Assembly: GCA_030603365.1 (NCBI GenBank)
Contig: JAUVXV010000012.1
Span: 1 to 64,000 of the forward strand
DNA length: 64,000 bases
From: Candidatus Heimdallarchaeota archaeon
GTDB taxonomy: Archaea; Asgardarchaeota; Heimdallarchaeia; Heimdallarchaeales; Heimdallarchaeaceae
Reading direction: 5' to 3'
The notes under the pieces were generated by a model. That model was not told the DNA's origin and made no database searches. It saw nothing but the letters and a program-made list of their open reading frames with translations. Position 1 is the stretch's first letter; each line of letters begins with the position of its first letter. Below are positions 49,471-59,545 of this stretch, in pieces. The translations under genes were made by a program, and so were the position numbers.

Positions 49471-49471
49471 C

Positions 49472-49504
49472 TTTCTTCTACTTTTTTCTTCCTCTTTTCA
49501 TTTT
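49472..49504 (+). repeat. 33-bp T-rich terminator, copy 1
   Basis: TTTCTTCTACTTTTTTCTTCCTCTTTTCATTTT; 32/33 identical to 51651-51683. Confidence 0.8.
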
Positions 49505-49521
49505 ATTTTTCTTTTTTTCTT

Positions 49522-49593
49522 CTACCTAATATGTTGATTGGGACATGTTATGAACCTTTCATCTCTTATTTCTCTATCTATAGATTCTACAAA
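49522..49593 (-). pseudogene. Relic of the 3' end of a metallophosphoesterase gene
   Basis: Translates FVESIDREIRDERFITCPNQHIR*, versus FMEPVEREIRDESFITCPNQHIR* at the end of 52376-54178. Confidence 0.88.
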
Positions 49594-49670
49594 AACTAAC
49601 TAAATTCATTTCTACAAAAAGTTTTAATTGATAATTGTGTTGTTTATATGTTAGACTTCGGTGAGAATAT

Positions 49671-51644
49671 TTGGCAATAACAAAGTCGCAGGAAATTAAA
49701 GAAATAGAAGAATTAAAGATTAGTGGTAAATGCTACGAAGCTTTAGAGAGAATAGAAGAAATTCTGAAGAAGAAAGAAACATCTAAAGTTGAGAAAATCC
49801 AAATTAAAATATTAAAAAGTGAGATTCTCAATTTATTAGGTCTATTTGAAGCATATAGAGAAAAACATGAAGAAAGCTTAAAAATATCCTCTGAAGCATT
49901 AGTAGAAAGTGAAAAACTGGGGGAGATGGTTCTTGTCTTTGATTCTCTTCTATGGAAAAACGTGAATTTATTTATTTTAGGTAGATATAAGGAATTTGTG
50001 GAAGGAGTAAACAGACTTGAAGAAATCATCCTAAAATTAGAAGGGGAAAAATATTCGGTTTTAAGTGAAAAAAAAGCATACTTGTTATGGATAAAATCGC
50101 TTGTTGGACTTGGAAAATCAATGTATGTGGAAAATTATAAATGGAATATCCAAGAATCAATAGAAATTTTAGAAAAAGGAGTAAAAGAAGCTAAAAACAC
50201 TGAAAATATAGAAATTCTGGTGCGCTTGTTTTTTTGTTCATCATGGATGTATGAATTGGCAGGCAACTTTGATAAAGCTATAGAATTTAGTAATAAAGCA
50301 TTAGAGGTAGTAGAAGAATTAGGCAATGACTATTGGAAAGGTTATTTATTAGCACTAATTGCGATGAACTACTGTCGAAAAGGAGAATATGGTTCACTTT
50401 TGGAATACGCTAAGAAATCCCTAGAAGTAAGAGAAAAAGTCGGAAATGAAAGATTTCTAGCTGAATCCTATGCTCAAATAGGTGTTTATTACGGAGAGAC
50501 AGGCGAATGGAAAGAATGTTTAGAATACACACAAAAAGCTCATAATATTCTTACTGAGAACGGGAAGAGAGATAACGAACCAGGAATGTTGAATAATATT
50601 GCTGTTTGTTATAATCTATTAGGTGAAATAGACAAAGCGTTAGAATATCACGAGAAATTATATGAGATTCAAAAGAAAAACGAAAATATATCAGGATCTT
50701 ATTTTACTCTTGGAAATATTGCTGGAATATATTTTCACAAAGGTGAAATAGACAAAGCGTTAGAATTAACAGAACAAGTCCTTGATTTTTATGAGCGAAC
50801 AGGAGCAAAATTTTCGATAGCTGTACATCTAAATTTCATAAGTTTGATTTATAGTAGAAAAGGAGCATTCAACAAATCCTTAGAATATCTAGAGAAAGCT
50901 CTAGAGATTTATTTAGAACTCGGTAATAAAAGAAAGCTAGCTGATACTTTCTATAATTTCATAGTACTTGCTACAAAATATGATAAAATGGATTTAGCGA
51001 AGGAATACTATAAGAAACTTGAAGGAATAATTGAAGAGATTGAACACAAAAATGTCAAACGATTAGTTCTCATTGCTGAAGGGATAATATTAAAGAGCAG
51101 CAACGAATCTCGAGATAGAGACAGAGCAGAAGTATTGTTTGATCAGCTTCTTCAGGAAGATATAAATCCCTATCTTACAATGGAAGTTCTTTTACAACTA
51201 AGTGAACTACTATTAACTGAATTAAAAGAAACCTCAAATGAAAGATATCTAACTAAACTGCAAAGGAATATCAGCACATTAATTGAGATAGGAACTGAGA
51301 ACAATTTTCCACTAATTATTATTGAAAGCTTATGGTTTAAATCTCAGTTATCTTTGTTAAATTTGAATGTAGATAAGGCACGAGAATTACTTTCACAAGC
51401 GCTTGACATTGCTGAAAGAAAGGGACTAAACAGATTAGCCTTGAAAATAACTAATTCTAAGGAACAGTTGATCAGGCAAAAGATTGAACTTGAAGAGCTA
51501 GAAAAAGAATCTCCTACCATTTCCCAAAGAATGGAACTAGTTAAAGTTGAAAATGGTTTCAAAGAATTAAAACAAAAGGAAATATTCAAGTTCAAAATCG
51601 ATAAGGTCGAATCATCCAAGAAATTGCTTTCTTTGCAAATTTAG
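49671..51644 (+). CDS. TPR protein, paralogue 5
   Basis: Same family; closest to paralogue 1 in both coding and upstream sequence. Confidence 0.9.
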   Translation: MAITKSQEIKEIEELKISGKCYEALERIEEILKKKETSKVEKIQIKILKSEILNLLGLFEAYREKHEESLKISSEALVESEKLGEMVLVFDSLLWKNVNLFILGRYKEFVEGVNRLEEIILKLEGEKYSVLSEKKAYLLWIKSLVGLGKSMYVENYKWNIQESIEILEKGVKEAKNTENIEILVRLFFCSSWMYELAGNFDKAIEFSNKALEVVEELGNDYWKGYLLALIAMNYCRKGEYGSLLEYAKKSLEVREKVGNERFLAESYAQIGVYYGETGEWKECLEYTQKAHNILTENGKRDNEPGMLNNIAVCYNLLGEIDKALEYHEKLYEIQKKNENISGSYFTLGNIAGIYFHKGEIDKALELTEQVLDFYERTGAKFSIAVHLNFISLIYSRKGAFNKSLEYLEKALEIYLELGNKRKLADTFYNFIVLATKYDKMDLAKEYYKKLEGIIEEIEHKNVKRLVLIAEGIILKSSNESRDRDRAEVLFDQLLQEDINPYLTMEVLLQLSELLLTELKETSNERYLTKLQRNISTLIEIGTENNFPLIIIESLWFKSQLSLLNLNVDKARELLSQALDIAERKGLNRLALKITNSKEQLIRQKIELEELEKESPTISQRMELVKVENGFKELKQKEIFKFKIDKVESSKKLLSLQI

Positions 51645-51650
51645 AAAGAT

Positions 51651-51683
51651 TTTCTTCTACTTTTTTCTTCCCCTTTTCATTTT
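51651..51683 (+). repeat. 33-bp T-rich terminator, copy 2
   Basis: TTTCTTCTACTTTTTTCTTCCCCTTTTCATTTT. Confidence 0.8.
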
Positions 51684-51720
51684 TTTTATTATTTCTTCTT
51701 GGAATAATATTTAGTTTGAT

Positions 51721-52284
51721 TCAAATCAGAATTGGATCAACATATTTCCAATTTTTATCTGATTCTTTGAAGTTTTTACGCTCCTTTTCAGTTGTTATTT
51801 CTGTTTTAATTTGACAATAAGAGTCTCCACACAGAATATTTTTGGTATGAATAGCTTTGTTAGAAGAATCATTTGCCATAGAATGTGCTGCGTCGATATA
51901 ACAATAGAGTTTCCCTAATTCTTCTTCTTTCAACAAATTAAACACCTTAGCTAGACTACAATCATGAATCTCTAAAGAAGAGAAATCTATCTCCTCCTCC
52001 TCACTAAAGATATCCCGAGTATCTAAGAATTCTTCTCCTTTGTATACATATTTGTCATGAATACCATAAAATGGATGATCTTGATCTGTATGTTTAGAAT
52101 ATTCTTCTATTAATCTTCCATATTCCATTATACTTCTGACTATTAGCTCTTTTCCTTGTTCTTCACCAAATTGATCCACTAATACTTTTGAAAAGCCTAG
52201 ATGTAGAAGAGCTAAACGTGAAAATGAGACTTGAACTTGTTGAAATGCTTCCTCAAATGGAACAACTTCTTGTTTTTCTTTCAT
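51721..52284 (-). CDS. L-2-amino-thiazoline-4-carboxylic acid hydrolase-like (V4R-related) protein
   Basis: FGEEQGKELI...YG; CSLAKVF...LGKLYCYIDAA...CGDSYC. ATG 52284 preferred as start. Confidence 0.7.
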   Translation of the reverse strand: MKEKQEVVPFEEAFQQVQVSFSRLALLHLGFSKVLVDQFGEEQGKELIVRSIMEYGRLIEEYSKHTDQDHPFYGIHDKYVYKGEEFLDTRDIFSEEEEIDFSSLEIHDCSLAKVFNLLKEEELGKLYCYIDAAHSMANDSSNKAIHTKNILCGDSYCQIKTEITTEKERKNFKESDKNWKYVDPILI

Positions 52285-52375
52285 TGCTATACCATTTATT
52301 AATTGTAAAAACACTATAAATTGTTTTTCTATTGATTTTAGAGAAAAAAAAATGAGAGAGAATAATCTCTTTGAA

Positions 52376-54178
52376 TTATCTTATATGTTGGTTAGGACAT
52401 GTTATGAAACTTTCATCTCTAATTTCTCTTTCAACAGGTTCCATAAATGATTGATCAACTAGTTTACCTTTTGTATTGTAGAATCTCCACCAAATGGAGG
52501 TTTTCAGTTTGGCAATAATTTTTTCATCAATAAACTGCTCTTTTTCTTCTAGATCCACCATTATTTCTTTGTAATCTTCTTGATCTTCTTCAGTAAGGAA
52601 TAGATAGTAGTTCTTGATATCACTATTGAGTATCTGTTGTTTAACGGTATACAACCACTCGTCGAATCTTATTTTTTCATCTTCAGACATTATTCTATGG
52701 TTTGGTGGTACATAGGTTACCCCATACCCTCTAGCCTCTTCTCCTTCTTCATCTTTCATAATTTTGTAATCGGTTTTGTTTCTTAGACTATCAAAATAGT
52801 TGATAGGACCTTTACCTGAAACTCCTATGCACATATATTCAGTGCTTTTCCAAAGAGAACGTTGATACATATGGTCATGACCAAAGACTGCAGCACTTAC
52901 ACCATATTCATCAAACAGAGGTGTCAAACAACTTTGAGCTATTGTATCTGAATTATTAGTTGCTCTCCCAAAATAACCAATTGTAAAAATAGCTGAGTGC
53001 AAGAAGACATAACAGAATTGAGGAGCTATACCTTCATTTGCTCTTCTTCTCCATTTGCTTAGTTCATTATTCAGCCATTCCCATTGACGACTATCACAAG
53101 TTATGCTTTCATTACCCCAGGTTAATCCAACTGAATCTAGATGTATCATGAAAACATTACCTTCAGTATGAGAATAGAAAGCTCCTCCGTGTTTTCTTGG
53201 AGTTTGAATATACATGTGGAAATATTTCTGTGTTCTATTTGCTCCTCCAAACCATGAGCCTCTGCAAAATCCTCCGTTGAAATAATCATGATTTCCAATT
53301 GTAGGAGCAAAGGGTATGCGTGCAAGATTGGGGGATGCACAGGAGAATAGATCAGCCCAGTATTGGTGATAAGAACCATTATCTACATTATCACCACTTG
53401 TTGTAAAGACTTGATATCCTTTGTTGAAAGTATATTCCATTTCTTTGATATGAATATCTTTCATTAATTTCACTAGAGTTGGATTATTTCTAACTCCACA
53501 ACCTTTTCCTTTTCCACGCTTAAATCTAGCTTTAGAACCCCCATGAAGATCAGAGGTTGAAACAAAGAATACTGGTTGTTTAGTATCTTCTACAGCTGCT
53601 ACAAACTCAATTACTTTCGAAGCACCAATTAAGATCTCATTTTCATCATAACACTCTATTCTGTAATAGTAATCTTTCTTTTGTTCTAGATTCTCAATCA
53701 ATCCTAGGAACAGCTGAGGAGCTGATGAAACTGGATGATATGTAAATGATGAAGAATGCTTCATAGGTATAATGGCTAGCTCACATAAATCATCATTAAA
53801 CAGACGAATTAGGCATTTTCCCTTGAGTTTACTTAGGAAAGGCTTCTTCTTATTAATCTCAACAATTTCTTTTACTCTGTTAGGTTTTAGAAAACCATAA
53901 TCAAGATACAAAGTAACAAGAATTTTTGAAGGATCATCTTTAATTCTTAACTGATAATATTTGTCAATTACAAACTTAACAGGAGGAAGTTTCTCATCCT
54001 CTATTTCTTTAATAGAATAAGGTTTATACTCCACTTCTTCGAAATCTTCTAGCTCTATAGGATAGAAATTTTCTTCTTCCGCTAACCTTCTTCTAATAGA
54101 TTCTTTAATTTTTAGTCTATAACTTCTTGAAGGAATTTTATCTTCTGGAGGAATAATGTTAGATCTCTCTTTAGTCAT
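52376..54178 (-). CDS. Calcineurin-like / purple-acid-phosphatase-like metallophosphoesterase
   Basis: DLH, GDNVD, GNHD, H and GHDHMY motifs. Confidence 0.88.
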   Translation of the reverse strand: MTKERSNIIPPEDKIPSRSYRLKIKESIRRRLAEEENFYPIELEDFEEVEYKPYSIKEIEDEKLPPVKFVIDKYYQLRIKDDPSKILVTLYLDYGFLKPNRVKEIVEINKKKPFLSKLKGKCLIRLFNDDLCELAIIPMKHSSSFTYHPVSSAPQLFLGLIENLEQKKDYYYRIECYDENEILIGASKVIEFVAAVEDTKQPVFFVSTSDLHGGSKARFKRGKGKGCGVRNNPTLVKLMKDIHIKEMEYTFNKGYQVFTTSGDNVDNGSYHQYWADLFSCASPNLARIPFAPTIGNHDYFNGGFCRGSWFGGANRTQKYFHMYIQTPRKHGGAFYSHTEGNVFMIHLDSVGLTWGNESITCDSRQWEWLNNELSKWRRRANEGIAPQFCYVFLHSAIFTIGYFGRATNNSDTIAQSCLTPLFDEYGVSAAVFGHDHMYQRSLWKSTEYMCIGVSGKGPINYFDSLRNKTDYKIMKDEEGEEARGYGVTYVPPNHRIMSEDEKIRFDEWLYTVKQQILNSDIKNYYLFLTEEDQEDYKEIMVDLEEKEQFIDEKIIAKLKTSIWWRFYNTKGKLVDQSFMEPVEREIRDESFITCPNQHIR

Positions 54179-54232
54179 CTCATGTAGGACTATTGAAATC
54201 GTTCTTTAAAATTTTACTACAAAGGAATGTGT

Positions 54233-54841
54233 TTATCTCTTGAAATGACACATATCATTAACTGTTTCAATAAGAAAATCACTTTTATTGTCCTTTTTGG
54301 TGTATATAATCTCATTAATACAGCAGTTATCTTGCTTCAAATTGTCGAAAATAATCTCAGAAGCATCAAGAATCTTAGCAATGATGGATCTTATACATCC
54401 TCCATGTGTCATAATAAGTATGTTATCTTTATCTGCATTCATTTCTGCTATCTTTCTGAAAATATCCCAAACTCTGTTTACAAAAATATTTGTTATTTCT
54501 CCACTAGATTCAACCATCAGCTTATCGAATTCTTCAACTGTATCTAATTTATCCAAAAACTCTGAAACTCCCATACCATCGTACTCACCTAAAGTGTGTT
54601 CTCTGAGTTCCTCAAAGTAGATCACAGGAACATTAAGTGTAGATTTGATTATCTCTGTTGTTTCTTCAGTGCGCTTCAAATCTGAACTATAGATTATTTC
54701 AATCTGTTTAGATTCTAATATATTAGCAAGAACTTCTGCTTGCTGTTGGCCTGTTTTGTTTAGGGGTATAGGTAGATGACCCATTATCAGTCTATTCTTG
54801 TTATAATCGGTTTCCCCATGTCTACAAAGATAAATTTTCAT
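54233..54841 (-). CDS. Histidine phosphatase (phosphoglycerate-mutase-like)
   Basis: RHGET, SSDLKRT, LRE, THGG. Confidence 0.93.
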   Translation of the reverse strand: MKIYLCRHGETDYNKNRLIMGHLPIPLNKTGQQQAEVLANILESKQIEIIYSSDLKRTEETTEIIKSTLNVPVIYFEELREHTLGEYDGMGVSEFLDKLDTVEEFDKLMVESSGEITNIFVNRVWDIFRKIAEMNADKDNILIMTHGGCIRSIIAKILDASEIIFDNLKQDNCCINEIIYTKKDNKSDFLIETVNDMCHFKR

Positions 54842-54905
54842 TAGATTAGCAAAAACTGAATGGATTAAAAAGATTAGGGAAGGGAAGAGAACCTTTTAGG
54901 ATTCC

Positions 54906-55925
54906 CTATCTAACAACTCTTGTTAGTTTAGCTCCACATCTAGGACATGAATAACTTCCCTTTGGGATCTCAACACCACATGTTGTACAATTCTTGATTT
55001 TTCTTTCTCTTTTTTCATCTGTTTTACCAAATGGTTTGAGTATTAATCCTTCCTCAATAATATCCCAAGTATATAGTAAGGTACCTTGAAGCTGTTTTAG
55101 AGCGTTTTCAGGTAAAGTAATTCTATTCTGATTATCCAACACTAAAAATCTTGAACTATCAAGGTTAGTTAGATCTATACCCTCAAGATGTTCACCAATG
55201 AGAATACCATCACGAATTTCCAATGTTCTGTCTGAGAAATCTCCTACAATGGGATCATGAGAACAAATGAGAAAAGAAGTCTCTGTTTCTTCTTTAAGAT
55301 CATTGAATAATTCTAGAATTTGAGTTGAGGTTTCAATATCCACATTTCCTGTTGGTTCATCAGCAAAAATCAAGCTAGGATTATTAGCAAGAGCTCTTGC
55401 GATAGCAACTCTTTGCTGCTCACCTCCTGAGATTCTTTTGGGAGTATGTGCCCTTCTATGCCATATTCCTAAAGTCTCCATTAGTTCTTTAACTCTTTGT
55501 TTTCTTTTAGCAAAGGGAGTATTTACAAGTTTCATTGGCATCTCTATATTCTTTTCAATTGTCAAGTAGGGTATGAGATTTTGCTCCTGGAAGATATAAC
55601 CAATATTATGTCTTCTGAACTCAAATTGATCTTCTTCAGGAAGTTTAGTAATATCTGTTCCATCTGAATAAAAGATTTGACCTGCTATAGGTTTAAGCAT
55701 ACCACCTAAAGCTAGAAGGAGGGTGCTCTTTCCTGAACCTGAAGGACCAATGATTCCAAGTATTTCGCTCTTATTTATGTCAAAACTAACTCCTTTAAGT
55801 GCTACTACTTTATTCTGATGTTCCAGCCCATATACATGATAAATATCAATTACTTGTAACGCTAGACTTTCTGGTAAGGGTTCGATCTGAACTTTTCTTT
55901 TTACATCTCCGTACATCATAATCAC
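54906..55925 (-). CDS. LolD/MacB-type ABC ATPase with C-terminal AbrB-like segment and zinc ribbon
   Basis: GPSGSGKS, ISGGEQQR, DEPTGN; tail LDNQNRITLP...LILKP, CTTC...CPRC. Confidence 0.9.
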   Translation of the reverse strand: MIMMYGDVKRKVQIEPLPESLALQVIDIYHVYGLEHQNKVVALKGVSFDINKSEILGIIGPSGSGKSTLLLALGGMLKPIAGQIFYSDGTDITKLPEEDQFEFRRHNIGYIFQEQNLIPYLTIEKNIEMPMKLVNTPFAKRKQRVKELMETLGIWHRRAHTPKRISGGEQQRVAIARALANNPSLIFADEPTGNVDIETSTQILELFNDLKEETETSFLICSHDPIVGDFSDRTLEIRDGILIGEHLEGIDLTNLDSSRFLVLDNQNRITLPENALKQLQGTLLYTWDIIEEGLILKPFGKTDEKRERKIKNCTTCGVEIPKGSYSCPRCGAKLTRVVR

Positions 55926-55926
55926 C

Positions 55927-58737
55927 TCAGAATGTTCTCATTTCCTCCACTACATTGGTTCTTGAAGCAATAATTGCAGGCAGCAAGGTAGATAATAGAA
56001 TAATTACAAACGAACCAAGAATTGTTGCAATTAATATAAATGGTGGATAAACCAATTGTCTGTTAAATGACGTAATGCTGAAACTATCAAAGAATCCATT
56101 GAACTGATAGCCTAGTATGAAACCTATTAAAGTCCCTGATAATGTAGCAAGAATTGACATTGAAATTACTTCAGTTAATACTAGTTTAATCAGCTGATTC
56201 CGTGAAGCTCCTTCTGAAATTAATATTGCGAATTCCTTCTTTCTCTGGTTTATAATCATAAACATAAATAGAGAAACACCAATAACTATTGCAATCATGG
56301 AAATAAGGAAATTAATAGTTAAAAGCCCAGGAAAACCGAATCTCAATCCTTCTCGTTTTTTAACTAATTCGATTTCTTCCTCATGAGTTTGTGCATATAC
56401 AATCCATTCAAATTGTGAATTGAATTTCGCTGAAAGATTTTCTTCTACAGGATCTACTTCAGGTTTAAAATTTATTATTGCTCTTACAACTTCAAAAGTA
56501 AAGGGAGCATATGCAAAAATGAATTCTTCATCAACCAGCATAGTATAAAGAATATCTGTTTCGATAAAATCGATAATACCTCCAAATGCTCCAAAAGTAT
56601 AATCCATTATCTCACAAGGAGCATGATCTATGGTTATAGTAGCTTCAGCTTCATACACTGATTCATTATATATTGTGAAGTTAAATCTTGGATCTGCTTG
56701 AGTTTCCAGATATCTTGCAGTTTCTACTCCAACTCCAACATTTCTTAAAGGATCATCTTGAAGGGTTTGCAATCCTTCTTTCCAGTTTGAATATTCTACA
56801 ATAGAATCTGTATGCCATATTGCATGGTTTGCATATGTTGCTAAATTCGTTCCAAAACAGAGTACAGGTGTTGCACCTATATAGAAAACAGTCATGTAAA
56901 TTGGAATAACTGTTTCAATTTTGTCCTCATAACCAATAAAATCAGCTGCAGAGAGAGTTTTATACCCACCTAGAATATCAACCCTCATATCTCCACCAAT
57001 AGCGAAATCTGCATGTCTGATTATTTCTGCTGCTCCTGTTTCACCCTGTATAGCTCCAAAAACACATAAGGAAACAGATAAGCAAAGTAACACTGTCATT
57101 CTGGGAAAATTCTGATGTCTTCTCGATAGACTTCCTTTAAGCAGAACTCCTATATCTTTGAATATTTTAACCAAAGTCTTATCTAGTTTTTCGGGAATTT
57201 TAGTTGATAAACGACTAACTATCGAAGCTGCTCCGAACCAGAGTAATATTGGTGTAAAAGCTTGTAAAAGTTGTACTGTAAACCCAAATGCAACATTTGG
57301 ATTTGTATCTTCGATAACGGTAAAGAGGACACCAACTAATCCAATTAAGAAGAAAATAACGTCTCCGTAAATCTTCTTGAACCAGCTAATTTTCTCCTTT
57401 TCTACTGATGTAGCTACAGCAACCTCTTGTTGGATAAATGCATTGGTTTTCTTTCTCGTAGCTATGAAAAGAATCAATAGAGTTACAATTACCGTAGTAA
57501 TAATACTCCAAGCTTCAATGTTCAATGAAGAATAAGCAGTAGATAAAGTTGAGGTGTCTATGGCCATGAACCTATAGGTTGATAACACCATAGCTGCACC
57601 GAAAGTCCCTAAAAATATCCCTATAGCTTCTCCTAAAATTGCAATAAGAAACACTTCGAGATAAATCATACTCCGTATCTGTTTTGGGCTAGCTCCTTGA
57701 GCTTTGAGAACCGATATTTCGAATTTTCTTTCTCTTAAAGCTAACTCAGCACCTAAATTTATTAAAATAACCGATAGAATTATTGCTGGAATATAAAGGA
57801 CCGAATCAATAATTTGCATTATGATAATTAGTCCTTGATAAGCAAAAAGAGCTCCAGAAATCAGGTTTCTTCCCTCCAAAGGAATTTTCTGTTCCATTCT
57901 CTTAAGAACAATAGTAATATGTTCATTGAATTTTATCAAATTGCTTAATGGAAATTTAGTAAGGTCCAGTTTAGTGGGAAGATGGTACATATTAAACGCA
58001 GTTAGGTTACCAATAATACTGGAATTGAAACTTTCACTCTGAATCAATAAATAATCAGAATCTAGAAGTAATCCAGGATTGAAAAATCCTTTAACTGTAA
58101 GATTAAAAGAATAAGATAATACGCCCACATCATCATAAGTAAGACCATTGAATACGGTTTTATTTATGTAGAAAGAATATGGAAGTGTATCATTAATCTG
58201 AATTCCTAGATTCTTATACTGGTTTATTGATAGTAAAATACCATTATCCTCTAGATTATTCTCACCAGCGACCATATTTATTCGATCTATAATGGTACTG
58301 TTTTCAAACTCTGCATCAACAATCACAGGTTCAAAGAATGGTTGGTCAACATCAAAACCTATTGATGCTGAGAAATTAAAATCTGGTGTTACATATGAAT
58401 AGTAAATATTCCCTCTAGTTGTCTTATCATAATGAGAATGACGCCCATAAACAACTACACTATCAAGAAACTCTTCCTCTTGAATGATTAGATTAGCAAT
58501 TTCAGCTGGTGTTGCGTTGAAATCAGTATCAAATGGATGAAAAGTCACCTCAGCTTCAACATTATCAATCATATCTTGAACTGTAATTGAATTGATTATA
58601 GAACCATAGAAGAAAATACTTGAAAAAATTGCAGCACCAAGTACCATTCCTGCTCCAATTGATACACTTCTACGTTTATTGGAAAACATGGATCTAAAAG
58701 ATAGTCCAATGAAAGAAAAGAACCTTGGACGTTTCAT
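55927..58737 (-). CDS. FtsX/MacB-like ABC permease with two FtsX halves
   Basis: ERKFEISVLKAQGAS and QRKKEFAILISEGAS coupling motifs; many TM helices. Confidence 0.9.
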   Translation of the reverse strand: MKRPRFFSFIGLSFRSMFSNKRRSVSIGAGMVLGAAIFSSIFFYGSIINSITVQDMIDNVEAEVTFHPFDTDFNATPAEIANLIIQEEEFLDSVVVYGRHSHYDKTTRGNIYYSYVTPDFNFSASIGFDVDQPFFEPVIVDAEFENSTIIDRINMVAGENNLEDNGILLSINQYKNLGIQINDTLPYSFYINKTVFNGLTYDDVGVLSYSFNLTVKGFFNPGLLLDSDYLLIQSESFNSSIIGNLTAFNMYHLPTKLDLTKFPLSNLIKFNEHITIVLKRMEQKIPLEGRNLISGALFAYQGLIIIMQIIDSVLYIPAIILSVILINLGAELALRERKFEISVLKAQGASPKQIRSMIYLEVFLIAILGEAIGIFLGTFGAAMVLSTYRFMAIDTSTLSTAYSSLNIEAWSIITTVIVTLLILFIATRKKTNAFIQQEVAVATSVEKEKISWFKKIYGDVIFFLIGLVGVLFTVIEDTNPNVAFGFTVQLLQAFTPILLWFGAASIVSRLSTKIPEKLDKTLVKIFKDIGVLLKGSLSRRHQNFPRMTVLLCLSVSLCVFGAIQGETGAAEIIRHADFAIGGDMRVDILGGYKTLSAADFIGYEDKIETVIPIYMTVFYIGATPVLCFGTNLATYANHAIWHTDSIVEYSNWKEGLQTLQDDPLRNVGVGVETARYLETQADPRFNFTIYNESVYEAEATITIDHAPCEIMDYTFGAFGGIIDFIETDILYTMLVDEEFIFAYAPFTFEVVRAIINFKPEVDPVEENLSAKFNSQFEWIVYAQTHEEEIELVKKREGLRFGFPGLLTINFLISMIAIVIGVSLFMFMIINQRKKEFAILISEGASRNQLIKLVLTEVISMSILATLSGTLIGFILGYQFNGFFDSFSITSFNRQLVYPPFILIATILGSFVIILLSTLLPAIIASRTNVVEEMRTF

Positions 58738-59480
58738 TATTGTTTCTCCTCCTTTTTACTATCTTTCTCTACTAATGATTGAGTTTGTTCTTGTAACACT
58801 TTTCCTTTCTGTAGGATGTATAATCGATCTGTTTCACGAGCACTAAGAGTGTCGTGTGTAACCATGATTATTGTTATTTTCTTTTCTTTAGTTAATTTCT
58901 TAAAAAGTTGGATTATTTCTTTACCTGTATGAGTATCAAGATTTCCTGTTGGTTCATCTGCATAGATGATATCAGGATCATGAGCTAAAGCTCGAGCAAC
59001 TGCAACTCGTTGTTGTTCGCCACCACTTAATTCCTCAGGTAAGTGATCAACTCTTGCATATAGTCCTACTATTTCCAGAAAATCTATTGACTTCTTTTCA
59101 GCTTCTTTTTCAGTTATTCCTCTTAATTTCATTGGAAGTTTGACGTTTTCTTTTGCAGTAAGATAAGGAATTAAAGCAAAATTCTGAAAAACAACAGAAG
59201 ATTTAGTTCTTCTGATTCGTAATCTATCTTTGTATTTTGTATTTTTAAGATCTACTCCAGCGACTTTTACCTCACCATCAGTAATAAGCTCCAAAGTTGC
59301 TAAAATGTTTAACAGAGTTGATTTTCCACTACCAGAGGGGCCCATAATACCTATGAATTCTCCCCTTTTTATTTTCATATCCACTCCAGTTAGAACATTA
59401 ACTAATTCTCCTCCAGGGAGCTGAAAATCTTTTATCAAAGCTGAAGTCTCTATAGAAACACTTCTAGATTTCTTAACCAT
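58737..59480 (-). CDS. LolD/MacB-type ABC ATPase
   Basis: GPSGSGKS, LSGGEQQR, DEPTGN, VTHD. Confidence 0.93.
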   Translation of the reverse strand: MVKKSRSVSIETSALIKDFQLPGGELVNVLTGVDMKIKRGEFIGIMGPSGSGKSTLLNILATLELITDGEVKVAGVDLKNTKYKDRLRIRRTKSSVVFQNFALIPYLTAKENVKLPMKLRGITEKEAEKKSIDFLEIVGLYARVDHLPEELSGGEQQRVAVARALAHDPDIIYADEPTGNLDTHTGKEIIQLFKKLTKEKKITIIMVTHDTLSARETDRLYILQKGKVLQEQTQSLVEKDSKKEEKQ

Positions 59481-59545
59481 TTCAATTTACATTTGCAGAA
59501 GTATAAATAAATATAGCTGAAAAAAAAGAGTAAAGAAAAATAAGT

